From UHGV virus genome UHGV-0155266: a stretch of 41,512 bases of DNA; one strand, 5' to 3'. The notes under the pieces are model-generated. The model made no database searches, was not told the DNA's origin, and saw only the letters and a program-made list of their open reading frames with translations. The translations under genes were made by a program, and so were the position numbers. The DNA comes from a virus. Below are positions 1-7,809 of the stretch, one piece after another. Each line of letters opens with the position of its first letter. Within the stretch, counting starts at the first letter, position 1.

Positions 1-49
1 ACAGTCGTGACACGACGCTGAAAGTTCCCAAACACACAGGAAACAGAAA

Positions 50-229
50 ATGAACGTGAATACTGAGATTTTGAAACTCTGGCAATCTAGGGGCGAAAAT
101 GAGCGCACCGGATTCGATGCGGAGAGGGTTGCAGATATTGCCTGGGAGCAGGGATTACAACTTCACCGCAACCGGCAGGAACATTACCAGCGAGTGATGT
201 ACCTCATAGGCCATCGCAATATCGGTTAA
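50..229 (+). CDS. small hypothetical protein (59 aa)
   Basis: ATG at 50 with AGGAAA 8 nt upstream, in-frame stop at 227-229, followed by a hairpin and T-run. Below the ORF-track length cutoff; no recognisable motif. Confidence 0.3.
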   Translation: MNVNTEILKLWQSRGENERTGFDAERVADIAWEQGLQLHRNRQEHYQRVMYLIGHRNIG

Positions 230-237
230 CTCATACA

Positions 238-258
238 GGCCGCGCATGCGGCCTTTTT
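238..258 (+). terminator. rho-independent terminator-like hairpin
   Basis: GGCCGC/GCGGCC stem (238-243 and 248-253) followed by TTTTT at 254-258; lies between the small ORF and the convergent 445-aa gene. Confidence 0.5.
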
Positions 259-1594
259 AGTCTGGATATTGAACATCTACTTCATTTTTTCTAATCTCTG
301 ATGAGATTTTTGAGCACGCTTTTATTAATTCATCCAAGACAATAGCGAGTTTGGCAAAATCATAATTGCTAAAACCCTTACTTCCTGGTTTTAGTTTCAT
401 GAATTTTTTCGTGTAATAGTCTTTATTTTCCAGCGCTCCTTGATAAGCATCACTTTCCTTTTTGTAATTTGACCACCGGATTTTCGCTTCATCATAATCA
501 GAAAATCTTAGATCCAGATAGCATTCAATCGCTACAGCCCGGCCATTGATGTTTTCATAGGTAACGCCGTGAGGACCAATAGCTGGAAATTGATTGAAAT
601 GAGGAAGATCAGGAAGATGAATGCAGCTAATATTGTGAGGCAATGCGAGTTTGCGGATTTTTTCATATGCCTCAATCCCTTCGCAATCATTATCTAACAC
701 GAAAACAATCAAGTTTTGAATGTCGATTTTTACGAGCCCAGCAGCGAACTTAACCAGATTTCCTGAACCAGTGAACGGGTACCCTTCACTCATGTCGATA
801 AAGTGAAAAAAATCTTCTACATCAGGCCGTAAGAGGTGCAATGCGTATTTGATGACGTTGGAGTCGGTGCTTCCCTCGGTGGCAATCAGGAACTTGTCAC
901 GTCTGCGAGCATTTACCTGAATATCTTTTATATTCGCATAACCAGCAGAAACTAGATCTCCGTAATCCCAAGTGACGAATTCATTATGATTATTTGGATT
1001 TTCGGCCAAAAGTCGCATCACTGAGTATGGATGTAGTATGCTAACTAAAGTCCCAAAAGCAGACTTTTCAGACCAAGCATTATCAAAGGCATTGTCGTAT
1101 TGGGGTATCCTGCTTAATAATTCATCATTATTAAATCGGCCCTTGATAAGCTCGCGTTCTTTTATTCTATCTTTTAAGCTAATATAATCATCGTTTAGCT
1201 CGCTAATATTTACGCTCTTGATGAAGTTAACGAATTCATCAAAGCTCATCATGTTACTAATTGGCTTTGCATATTCCGGACAGGATTCGTTAAATTCCTC
1301 TTGGTATTCAATTGAATCTTTAGCCATGAGTTCATACTCATAGCGTATATTTTCAAGGGTGAAACCCAACAATTCCAATCGGTAGGCAACTTGCCCCAAA
1401 GGCTTACGCAACACAGTACGACAGAGGATGCCATCAGGAGTGTCGAAGTCCTCTCCTTCCTCTATTTGATCTTCATTTAGTGGTTTGACGTGATGATCGG
1501 CACTTTGAAACAGGCCTCCATGATCTATACCCAGCGAGTTCTTACTCCAATCTAGCCCCACTCCTGACACTTCAAGAGAAATTACAGTACCCAT
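257..1594 (-). CDS. Toprim-domain protein with uncharacterised N-terminal half (candidate nuclease/defence effector)
   Basis: 445-aa ORF with AAGG upstream. Translation has EGxxD (LIATEGSTD, near aa 238-244) and DxDxxG (LDNDCEG, near aa 300-306) about 60 aa apart, the Toprim signature. No Walker A motif anywhere. Confidence 0.8.
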   Translation of the reverse strand: MGTVISLEVSGVGLDWSKNSLGIDHGGLFQSADHHVKPLNEDQIEEGEDFDTPDGILCRTVLRKPLGQVAYRLELLGFTLENIRYEYELMAKDSIEYQEEFNESCPEYAKPISNMMSFDEFVNFIKSVNISELNDDYISLKDRIKERELIKGRFNNDELLSRIPQYDNAFDNAWSEKSAFGTLVSILHPYSVMRLLAENPNNHNEFVTWDYGDLVSAGYANIKDIQVNARRRDKFLIATEGSTDSNVIKYALHLLRPDVEDFFHFIDMSEGYPFTGSGNLVKFAAGLVKIDIQNLIVFVLDNDCEGIEAYEKIRKLALPHNISCIHLPDLPHFNQFPAIGPHGVTYENINGRAVAIECYLDLRFSDYDEAKIRWSNYKKESDAYQGALENKDYYTKKFMKLKPGSKGFSNYDFAKLAIVLDELIKACSKISSEIRKNEVDVQYPD

Positions 1595-1975
1595 AGTTCA
1601 ACCTTTGAATGGCATTTTCCGTTGTACCGCAATACTACCAATACGCCGATTGGGCATCCATGATTTGAACTGGCTTCTATGCTCTATTTTTAGCAAATTG
1701 GACTTACGCCACCCTGGTTGCGTCTACTTCTCGCTCACAAGGAGCCCTCAGCAACGCTAGCTCGTCCGCGCCGTGCCAGAAGCGGACGTTGACAGCAACT
1801 CATAATGCAAATTTTCAGGGAGTGGATCGTCATGTACTGAATTGAGCCTAAGTTACAGATGATACTTGCTGTAAAAGCAGGAGAGGAATTATTTACTCTA
1901 TTGTGATAAGAGCGTTTTTATATTAATATCTTACATACAAATAGATATCTGAATAAACATTCAATAAGGTTCCAT

Positions 1976-2905
1976 ATGTCTGAAATAACTTCAGCTCCTG
2001 CTGTTATGGCGGCACTAGTATCTGCATTAGTTACGGTTTTATTATTTTTTATAAAAGGTGTATGCACACCTTTATGGAATAAATATTTCATTGTTTACAA
2101 AATCAAAGTTGAACATAGCTACGAACAAAAGAAGAAAATCAAAGAGGCGATATCAAAATATAAAATGCCTTTACTCGATTCAGCTGAGTCATTGAATCAT
2201 AGGTTGTGGAATTTTTCAGGAAATTGCACTAAAGGATGGCATAATTTCAAAAATAATGAATCAATTGGTGATAAATATTACCTACAAACTTTTTGTTATC
2301 GATTTTTAGCATTTTATGCTTGGTGTATAAAGTTCGAAAGAGAGTTGATATATTTAGATGTAACACTTTCAGAAAAGAACGATCTTTATTTTGTGAAGTA
2401 TATTAAAACCATGCAAAATATATTTTGCGATGCTTCGATGTTGAGTGGGACTGGTTATGATAATGAGCATGCTGTAGACCATTTTTTCAAGGATGACCTT
2501 ATTAGTATTGTGGAAAAAATGATTACACCTACAGGAGTTATTACTTATTCAGAATTCAAATCTAAATCAGAGTCTGAATTAGACTATACACAGGTTTGCA
2601 AGTACATATCCACCATAATGAGTGACAAATCTTGCAATAAATGGCATTTAATTAACTGTTTCCATTTTATCCTGATGGCCTTTTTGTCAAAGTATGGATA
2701 TGACTATCAAAGAACTGGGTTGTTTAAACTATATAAGCTGCGCTGCTCAGAACCTCAAAATAAGCTGATAAATAATTTTGAAAGGTTAGTATTCAATGCA
2801 AGATTAAATAAATGCAGAGAAATAAAGAAAGCAATAACTATTCTCGAATGCAAATCTAAAATTGCCAATCTCTGTAATTCCCTGAAATTAATAAAAGAGA
2901 ATTAG
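1976..2905 (+). CDS. hypothetical membrane-anchored protein (AT-rich accessory gene)
   Basis: 309-aa ORF with one hydrophobic N-terminal helix (PAVMAALVSALVTVLLFFI), Lys/Asn/Tyr/Cys-rich remainder, AT-rich codon usage; divergent from the Toprim gene. No HExxH, so not Lit. Confidence 0.7.
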   Translation: MSEITSAPAVMAALVSALVTVLLFFIKGVCTPLWNKYFIVYKIKVEHSYEQKKKIKEAISKYKMPLLDSAESLNHRLWNFSGNCTKGWHNFKNNESIGDKYYLQTFCYRFLAFYAWCIKFERELIYLDVTLSEKNDLYFVKYIKTMQNIFCDASMLSGTGYDNEHAVDHFFKDDLISIVEKMITPTGVITYSEFKSKSESELDYTQVCKYISTIMSDKSCNKWHLINCFHFILMAFLSKYGYDYQRTGLFKLYKLRCSEPQNKLINNFERLVFNARLNKCREIKKAITILECKSKIANLCNSLKLIKEN

Positions 2906-3034
2906 CTTGTGAAGCATAAAACTAGTTGTTCTGTACGATAGAAAATGAGAGAACCCAAGTCCGCATTGTGAATAGTGTTTGAGCTGAAAATATCGCTAAG
3001 ACCCTGAAAATTTTTTGGAGAAGCAGATTTTAAT

Positions 3035-3058
3035 GTCCGCTTCTCGCTCTAAGCGGAC
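3035..3058. terminator. bidirectional terminator-like hairpin between accessory gene and int
   Basis: GTCCGCTT/AAGCGGAC 8-bp stem with 8-nt loop, T-rich on both sides; sits between convergent genes ending at 2905 and 3119. Confidence 0.5.
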
Positions 3059-3118
3059 TGTTTGAAGCTTTTTCATGAGTGTTAAGAAAATCAAGATGGC
3101 GTTGAATCGCTTGAATTT

Positions 3119-4249
3119 TCACAAAGCTACTTTGCTCCAGCCTTTCCCACGGTCATCATGATAACGATCGGTTTGTTGCTGTGTTTTGTGACCAAGTAGT
3201 TTTTGTGTATCTAATCCCTGTTCCTTGTAAAGGCGTTCAGATAAAGATCGTTGCTCATGGAATGTGGCAGGTGAACCTTCCCCCCAGTTAATTTCTGCTA
3301 AATCTCTTGCTTTACTAAAATTCATCGTCAATGTATTGGATTTTACCTGTGCTCCACGTTCTGCCTGCGAAGTTGAACGGAAAAAATGCACTAAGTATGG
3401 GCTGACTGCATAGTCACGGCAGCGAGCTACTACATCACGTAAACTCCAGTTAATCGCATTGAGGCGAAGAGAAAGCGGAATTGCGATTTTGCTCCCTGTC
3501 TTTTCTTGTACGACATGAAGATGATCATCCCAAATATCGCTAAATTTCATACGTGAAATATCACCTAACCGCTGACCAGTAACCAAGGCTAGCAGCATGG
3601 CATTTCCCATGTAACGATGGCTGGCATCTGCGATATCGAATATTTTTTTCCATTCTTCGAGGCTCAGCCGTTGTCGGGTAATTTTTCTTCTTGGCTGTTT
3701 AGTAGCTAATGCAGGGTTATAGCCAGGAGGTACTTCTCCGTAGTGCTGCGCCTCTTTGAAAACATCAATCAGGACGGATCGAACTACTTGTGCCATTCTC
3801 GGTTGCCCAGCGGCAATATACTCATCAAGTAATTGTGCAATATCCCGGACATCAACAGCTGAAATTAGCTTCAATCCTGCCCGTTCTCTAAGTAAGGAGA
3901 CAGGTTTGGCTTTCTGCTTGTAGGTGTTGAGCTTTATATCACCACTTTTCAGCCTGTCATTCTGGATCGCTTGATAGCGATCTAACCAAGTTGACGTTGT
4001 GATTGCTTTCCCTTTGCTGGTTGCGATCCTGTCACTGATGGCCAGAATCTGCCGGGTTCTTTGTTCAGCCAGGCGCGTATTGGCTTCAGTGGCAATAGCG
4101 ATAGCTTCAGCTTCGTTTGTTCCCAAAGCATGGAATTTCCCTGTTATTGGATGCTTATACCGCCAATAGACTTTATTTACCTTTCGGCTATAAAGCGGAT
4201 ATAAGTTAGGGACTGAAACATTATTCTTACGCGGTCTGGCTGCCATCAC
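3119..4249 (-). CDS. int: tyrosine integrase (lambda Int family)
   Basis: 376-aa ORF with the lambda-integrase-like layout (N-terminal arm-binding region, C-terminal catalytic region ending with conserved His/Tyr context); overlaps xis 3' end. Start is GTG at 4249 or ATG at 4246. Confidence 0.9.
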   Translation of the reverse strand: MMAARPRKNNVSVPNLYPLYSRKVNKVYWRYKHPITGKFHALGTNEAEAIAIATEANTRLAEQRTRQILAISDRIATSKGKAITTSTWLDRYQAIQNDRLKSGDIKLNTYKQKAKPVSLLRERAGLKLISAVDVRDIAQLLDEYIAAGQPRMAQVVRSVLIDVFKEAQHYGEVPPGYNPALATKQPRRKITRQRLSLEEWKKIFDIADASHRYMGNAMLLALVTGQRLGDISRMKFSDIWDDHLHVVQEKTGSKIAIPLSLRLNAINWSLRDVVARCRDYAVSPYLVHFFRSTSQAERGAQVKSNTLTMNFSKARDLAEINWGEGSPATFHEQRSLSERLYKEQGLDTQKLLGHKTQQQTDRYHDDRGKGWSKVAL

Positions 4250-4472
4250 TCAAAATCCGTTGCAAAAGTAATGAGTCATTTTTCTTAATTACTGGTGTTA
4301 CCAGCTCTCCAACTAACTCGGCGTCCTCACGCACTCGCCATAACCGACCTTGTTTCATTGCCGGTGGACAAAACAAATTCTGCTTAGCATAACGACGCAA
4401 CGTGGAAACGCTTGGAGGATTACTTCTGTATTTTTCAGAAGCCCATTCTTCAAGAGTTAACATTTGAAGCAT
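4227..4472 (-). CDS. xis: excisionase (lambda Xis-like)
   Basis: 81-aa ORF immediately upstream of and overlapping int; TLEEW...RRYAKQNLFCPPAMKQGRLW resembles the lambda Xis winged-helix core; AAGGTG 7-8 nt before the ATG. Confidence 0.8.
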   Translation of the reverse strand: MLQMLTLEEWASEKYRSNPPSVSTLRRYAKQNLFCPPAMKQGRLWRVREDAELVGELVTPVIKKNDSLLLQRILSDGSQTA

Positions 4473-4965
4473 ATGCGATCACCTTATTACTTCAATAACT
4501 GTTCAGTCTCTGCGTATCGACCCTGCAAGGTCGGTTAGTTTCTCCACAAAACAGAGAAGAACACCTGCGATGACTGCCGCCTGGATGGATTGGGTTATGA
4601 GCCCGTCGTCCGGTGATGCTCTTCTCTGTTTTGTAAAAAGGATGGTACCAGCCGGAAGCAAGGGTACAAACTGGTACCGTCAAGACTACACACAGCATAA
4701 AGTTGTGGTTCCGGGTGCCTCCCGGTGCCTGGCGAAGGTTGCACACCAGACGGGTGGGTATCCACAGAAGGTCGACTGTCAGCCTCAACCTTAACCCGCG
4801 TGCGCTGAGCCGCATTCACCACAACGCTAAGGATTCTCTCTGGTTGAAAATACTTAGCTGTTATGTGCCTGCTTTTAGCCACATCAGGCGAGGTGGACCT
4901 GGTTATTCCCCAACAACAAGGATTCGGTTAATCTGGTTATCCCCAACAACGCAAAAGGAAAAGAA
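4473..4965. other. GC-rich structured non-coding segment (candidate ncRNA or cis-element)
   Basis: Four overlapping stop-free frames on both strands and no RBS-led protein-like ORF. Perfect 15-bp inverted repeat 4546-4560/4620-4634 with 59-nt loop; 8-bp inverted repeat 4644-4651/4671-4678; further short GC stems. Confidence 0.35.
4898..4950 (+). repeat. direct repeat pair CTGGTTAT(T)CCCCAACAAC upstream of ORF 4966
   Basis: cctggttattccccaacaac at 4898-4917 and tctggttatccccaacaac at 4932-4950, about 34 bp apart, just 5' of the ATG at 4966. Confidence 0.6.
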
Positions 4966-5400
4966 ATGTCCGGTAATATCTATACGCTGTACAAATCCCA
5001 CTGTGAAAATGTTGGAAAGTATCGGGGCATTGAAATCAGTGGGGTAGTGTCATCAGTCGAAATAAGCAAAGTTGAATCAAGGGCAACATTACTTACTCTT
5101 CTGGACCTTGTCTTACATGAGCACCGGAAGAAATTCGGCACTCCCTATAATCAGTTGAATGGGAAAAAAGCTCTGGTTCACCTTATTCTGATGAAGCATC
5201 ACTGGATGCCAAAACAGATTAATGAGATGAAATTTGATGAACTTCTTCTTTCAATTCAGGATGAACTCACGCTTGATAAAATAAGCGTAACCGCCCAGAA
5301 ATTTTTAGATTATCGAGACTGGAGATCACAAATTCATCACTTTGATGATTTTGACGAAAATGAATGGGATCCTAATTTGTCTGCACAATATCTAAAGTAA
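4966..5400 (+). CDS. hypothetical protein (144 aa)
   Basis: ORF with AAGGAAAAG before the ATG; protein-like composition; no recognisable motif. Confidence 0.6.
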   Translation: MSGNIYTLYKSHCENVGKYRGIEISGVVSSVEISKVESRATLLTLLDLVLHEHRKKFGTPYNQLNGKKALVHLILMKHHWMPKQINEMKFDELLLSIQDELTLDKISVTAQKFLDYRDWRSQIHHFDDFDENEWDPNLSAQYLK

Positions 5401-5578
5401 CATCCTGTGATAAAACCGTGATTTCCTGATCCAGTTTTTTTAAGGAGTCTATTGTTTCCTGTCGATAAGACAGCACTTCACGAAGCTGGTTTATAGCTGC
5501 CAGCTTCTTTGCCATCCACTCGTAAATTTCCTCATTTGTGTATCCGGGTGCGACGATTTTTGGTTCTGTTTTGTGCAT
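5372..5578 (-). CDS. small hypothetical protein (68 aa, predicted helical)
   Basis: ATG at 5578 preceded by GGAGG with a 6-nt spacer; convergent with ORF 4966-5400 and overlapping its 3' end by 29 bp. The track ORF starts at an upstream TTG (5593). Confidence 0.5.
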   Translation of the reverse strand: MHKTEPKIVAPGYTNEEIYEWMAKKLAAINQLREVLSYRQETIDSLKKLDQEITVLSQDVTLDIVQTN

Positions 5579-5637
5579 TTCACACCTCCTCAAGTTATCA
5601 GTTACTTGTTGATGGGGACCAGATTGTTAAAGAGCTA

Positions 5638-5660
5638 AGCGTCCTGTAGGGCGCTTTTTT
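5638..5660 (+). terminator. terminator-like hairpin
   Basis: AGCGTCC...GGGCGCT imperfect stem followed by TTTTTT at 5655-5660. Confidence 0.45.
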
Positions 5661-5843
5661 GTTGCTAACGAATCATCCTGGACTTCATATGCCCCAGGCG
5701 GCTACTTCGTGGGCGTCCTGCCTGTTCGTTGTTTTAACACCTTTAAGTTGTAATTTAGTTGTGGTTTTGAATGTTGTCAACAACTTTATGTGGTTTGAAC
5801 GAGTAGCCAAGGAGTGCAAGGATTATCAAAAAAAGGAGGTTGT

Positions 5844-6734
5844 ATGGAAGACGCGCTTTACGCTTTTAATTACACACAGAACCGGGACAAGTTATTTGCT
5901 AACTTGATTAGCATCATTGATGGAATCATTGCAGATGGAGTTGTCCGTGAAGAGGAGGTTCTTTACTTAGATACATGGTTACTTGAAGCAAAGCAGATTA
6001 TCAATAATGGAGTTATAAAAAGTCTATCAGCACGGGTGTCGGATATTCTTGCGGATGGAATAATCACATCAGAAGAACGTGATGACCTTAAAAATAGCCT
6101 TCTCCAAATACAGAGGGAAATTCTTGATATCCCTGAAATTGATTTTTACTCCAAGGATGTAGATGTCCATTTACTTAATGGACTATGTAAAGGATTAATT
6201 GCTGATCGGAACTTAACTCAAGAAGAAATAAGATATCTTAATTGGTGGCTTGAGCAAAATGGAGCTTTGAAGAACAACTACCCAGGAAAAAAACTTTATG
6301 CACTTGTAAAGGAAATTCTTAAAGATGGGGTTATTACTGAAGATGAGAGTTTAACTCTACATAAGGCATTAGTAGACTTCACAGGATGTGACTTGGAAAG
6401 TGGGGTGGTGGATGGTTTGGCGACCAGGCTGCCTATTGATGTAGGGGCTTCGATAGAGTTAGAGGGTAAAACCTATTGTCTTACAGGCACTTTTGTTGCA
6501 GGAAAGAGAGCCGTAGTTGAAAATTTGATTAAAAATGCTGGTGGGAACATCAGTAGTGGAATTACTCAAAAGTTGGATTTTTTAGTAATTGGGACGCTTT
6601 CCTCCCGTGATTGGAAATTCTCAAGTCACGGAAGGAAGATCGAAAAAGCTATATCTTATAGGGATGATAATGGTGCAAAACTTAAAATTATTTCTGAAGA
6701 AATGCTTTTCGATGCATTACCAAGTTCGCGATGA
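5844..6734 (+). CDS. BRCT-domain protein with four N-terminal tandem repeats
   Basis: ATG at 5844 after AGGAGG. C-terminus (GKTYCLTGTF...LDFLVIG...) follows the NAD-ligase-type BRCT pattern. N-terminus has four roughly 45-aa repeats sharing a D-G-[VI]-[VI]-T-x-[ED]-E motif. Confidence 0.75.
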   Translation: MEDALYAFNYTQNRDKLFANLISIIDGIIADGVVREEEVLYLDTWLLEAKQIINNGVIKSLSARVSDILADGIITSEERDDLKNSLLQIQREILDIPEIDFYSKDVDVHLLNGLCKGLIADRNLTQEEIRYLNWWLEQNGALKNNYPGKKLYALVKEILKDGVITEDESLTLHKALVDFTGCDLESGVVDGLATRLPIDVGASIELEGKTYCLTGTFVAGKRAVVENLIKNAGGNISSGITQKLDFLVIGTLSSRDWKFSSHGRKIEKAISYRDDNGAKLKIISEEMLFDALPSSR

Positions 6735-7403
6735 CCAGAATACCCTACCTATAACATGAATTCTGGCTCGTCTATCTTCAAAGGTGAGTATTTCATCTGG
6801 GTACTCATCTTTGTTGAAGCTTCTAAGAATCAAGCCACCGTCAGGTAAGTTGATAAGTATTTTAACCCTTAGCAATACACCATCTCGTACGGCATAAAGA
6901 TCGCCATCACGAATAGGAACGGTTTGAGAAATATCAACGGCAACAAGATCTCCATTATTGAGAACCGGTAATAAACTGTTCCCCCATATTTTTACGATCT
7001 TGGCATTAGATGCACATACGCCAGATTTTCTCAAATCTGCTCTTCTTAACGGAAACCAGTCAATAGCTGATTCAACTATTTCAGCCAGACATCCGTTACC
7101 TGCCGATAACTCGACATCTAAAACAGGAATGTTTACGAAAATATCGGGGTCTAATGCGGTGCTTTCTGCTTCTTTTACAACAAGATCAGGTATGGATGCG
7201 TTATCTTCAATACCAAGTTGTAACCACTTTTGTGATACACCTAAAACTTTTGCAATTTCTTTAATTTTGCGCGGTTGTAGAGTTTCGCCATTCTCTATTT
7301 TGGCTACAGATTGTTGTGAAAGTCCAATTTTTTCAGCTAGTTGAGCTTGGCTCATGCCAGCTTTCTCTCTACCTATCTTTAATCGTTCTGCCAGTGTTTT
7401 CAC
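6717..7403 (-). CDS. CI-like repressor (HTH_XRE plus S24 LexA-type peptidase)
   Basis: N-terminal HTH (MSQAQLAEKIGLSQQSVAKIENG) and C-terminal S24 autopeptidase region; GTG start at 7403 with GAGAGGG RBS; divergent from cro. Confidence 0.9.
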   Translation of the reverse strand: MKTLAERLKIGREKAGMSQAQLAEKIGLSQQSVAKIENGETLQPRKIKEIAKVLGVSQKWLQLGIEDNASIPDLVVKEAESTALDPDIFVNIPVLDVELSAGNGCLAEIVESAIDWFPLRRADLRKSGVCASNAKIVKIWGNSLLPVLNNGDLVAVDISQTVPIRDGDLYAVRDGVLLRVKILINLPDGGLILRSFNKDEYPDEILTFEDRRARIHVIGRVFWSSRTW

Positions 7404-7538
7404 AACATATCCCTCTCTTTTTTGATGAGGTTACAACTTTATGTTTTAGCTTTCCAACATCTAAAAGTTGTGATAAAAGTTGTTAATGTTGTATTCTTGC
7501 AACTCGTAACAACTTAACTACCAAAAAAGGAGAAAGCT
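7404..7538. promoter_or_regulatory. immunity-region operator/promoter block between cI and cro
   Basis: Five copies of the half-site ACAACTT/AAGTTGT in both orientations (near 7433, 7465, 7477, 7499, 7509) within a 135-bp divergent intergenic region; AAGGAG precedes cro. Confidence 0.6.
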
Positions 7539-7787
7539 ATGACACCTGAGCAATTAGCCTTATCGGAGGCAATCGCTCTGGCTGGTGGTCAATCAGAATT
7601 GGCTCGGAAGCTCACAGCCAGCAGCGGTCATTTAGTAAAGCAACAACATGTCTGGAACTGGTTGAACAGAGAAAAGCGTCCCCCTGCAAAGCTCTCGATA
7701 TTCATTGAAAAGACCACTGGCATATCAAAAGAAAAATTACGTCCAGATATTTTTCAAAAGATTAAAGATTCATCAGATGAAAAGTAA
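7539..7787 (+). CDS. Cro/YdaS-like HTH regulator
   Basis: 82-aa ORF divergent from cI, strong RBS, HTH segment GQSELARKL; position and size fit a Cro-type protein. Confidence 0.75.
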   Translation: MTPEQLALSEAIALAGGQSELARKLTASSGHLVKQQHVWNWLNREKRPPAKLSIFIEKTTGISKEKLRPDIFQKIKDSSDEK

Positions 7788-7809
7788 CCACAGTTTTAAG
7801 GAGATAGCC

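Noticed and set aside
1249-1434. 61-aa minus-strand ORF inside the Toprim gene
   Set aside because: Fully embedded in a longer, better-supported ORF in another frame, with no RBS and non-protein-like composition; shadow ORF.
257-1594. PARIS (AriA/AriB), Gabija GajA or class-1 OLD assignment for the Toprim protein
   Set aside because: No Walker A/B ATPase motifs in the protein and no adjacent ATPase gene; only the Toprim signature is supported.
1976-2905. Lit protease (the gene found beside int in K-12 e14)
   Set aside because: The 309-aa protein has no HExxH zinc-metalloprotease motif and carries an N-terminal TM helix; different cargo in the same slot.
4473-4965. tRNA, tmRNA, RNase P or retron msr/msd in the structured segment
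   Set aside because: No T-loop GTTCRANYC motif or acceptor-stem/CCA arrangement; no resemblance to E. coli ssrA or rnpB as recalled; no reverse transcriptase gene anywhere in the window.
4492-5047. Track ORFs 4492-4815(-), 4570-4794(+), 4595-4882(-) and 4703-5047(+) as protein-coding genes
   Set aside because: They overlap each other in four frames, lack RBSs, and have Arg/Pro/Gly-rich low-complexity translations; this reflects GC-rich non-coding sequence, reported instead as a structured segment.
5814-5843. Upstream GTG start (5814) for the BRCT protein
   Set aside because: AAGGAG abuts the GTG with no spacer, whereas ATG 5844 has AGGAGG at a workable distance.
6958-7344. 128-aa plus-strand ORF inside cI
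   Set aside because: Antisense shadow of the well-supported repressor gene; no RBS.
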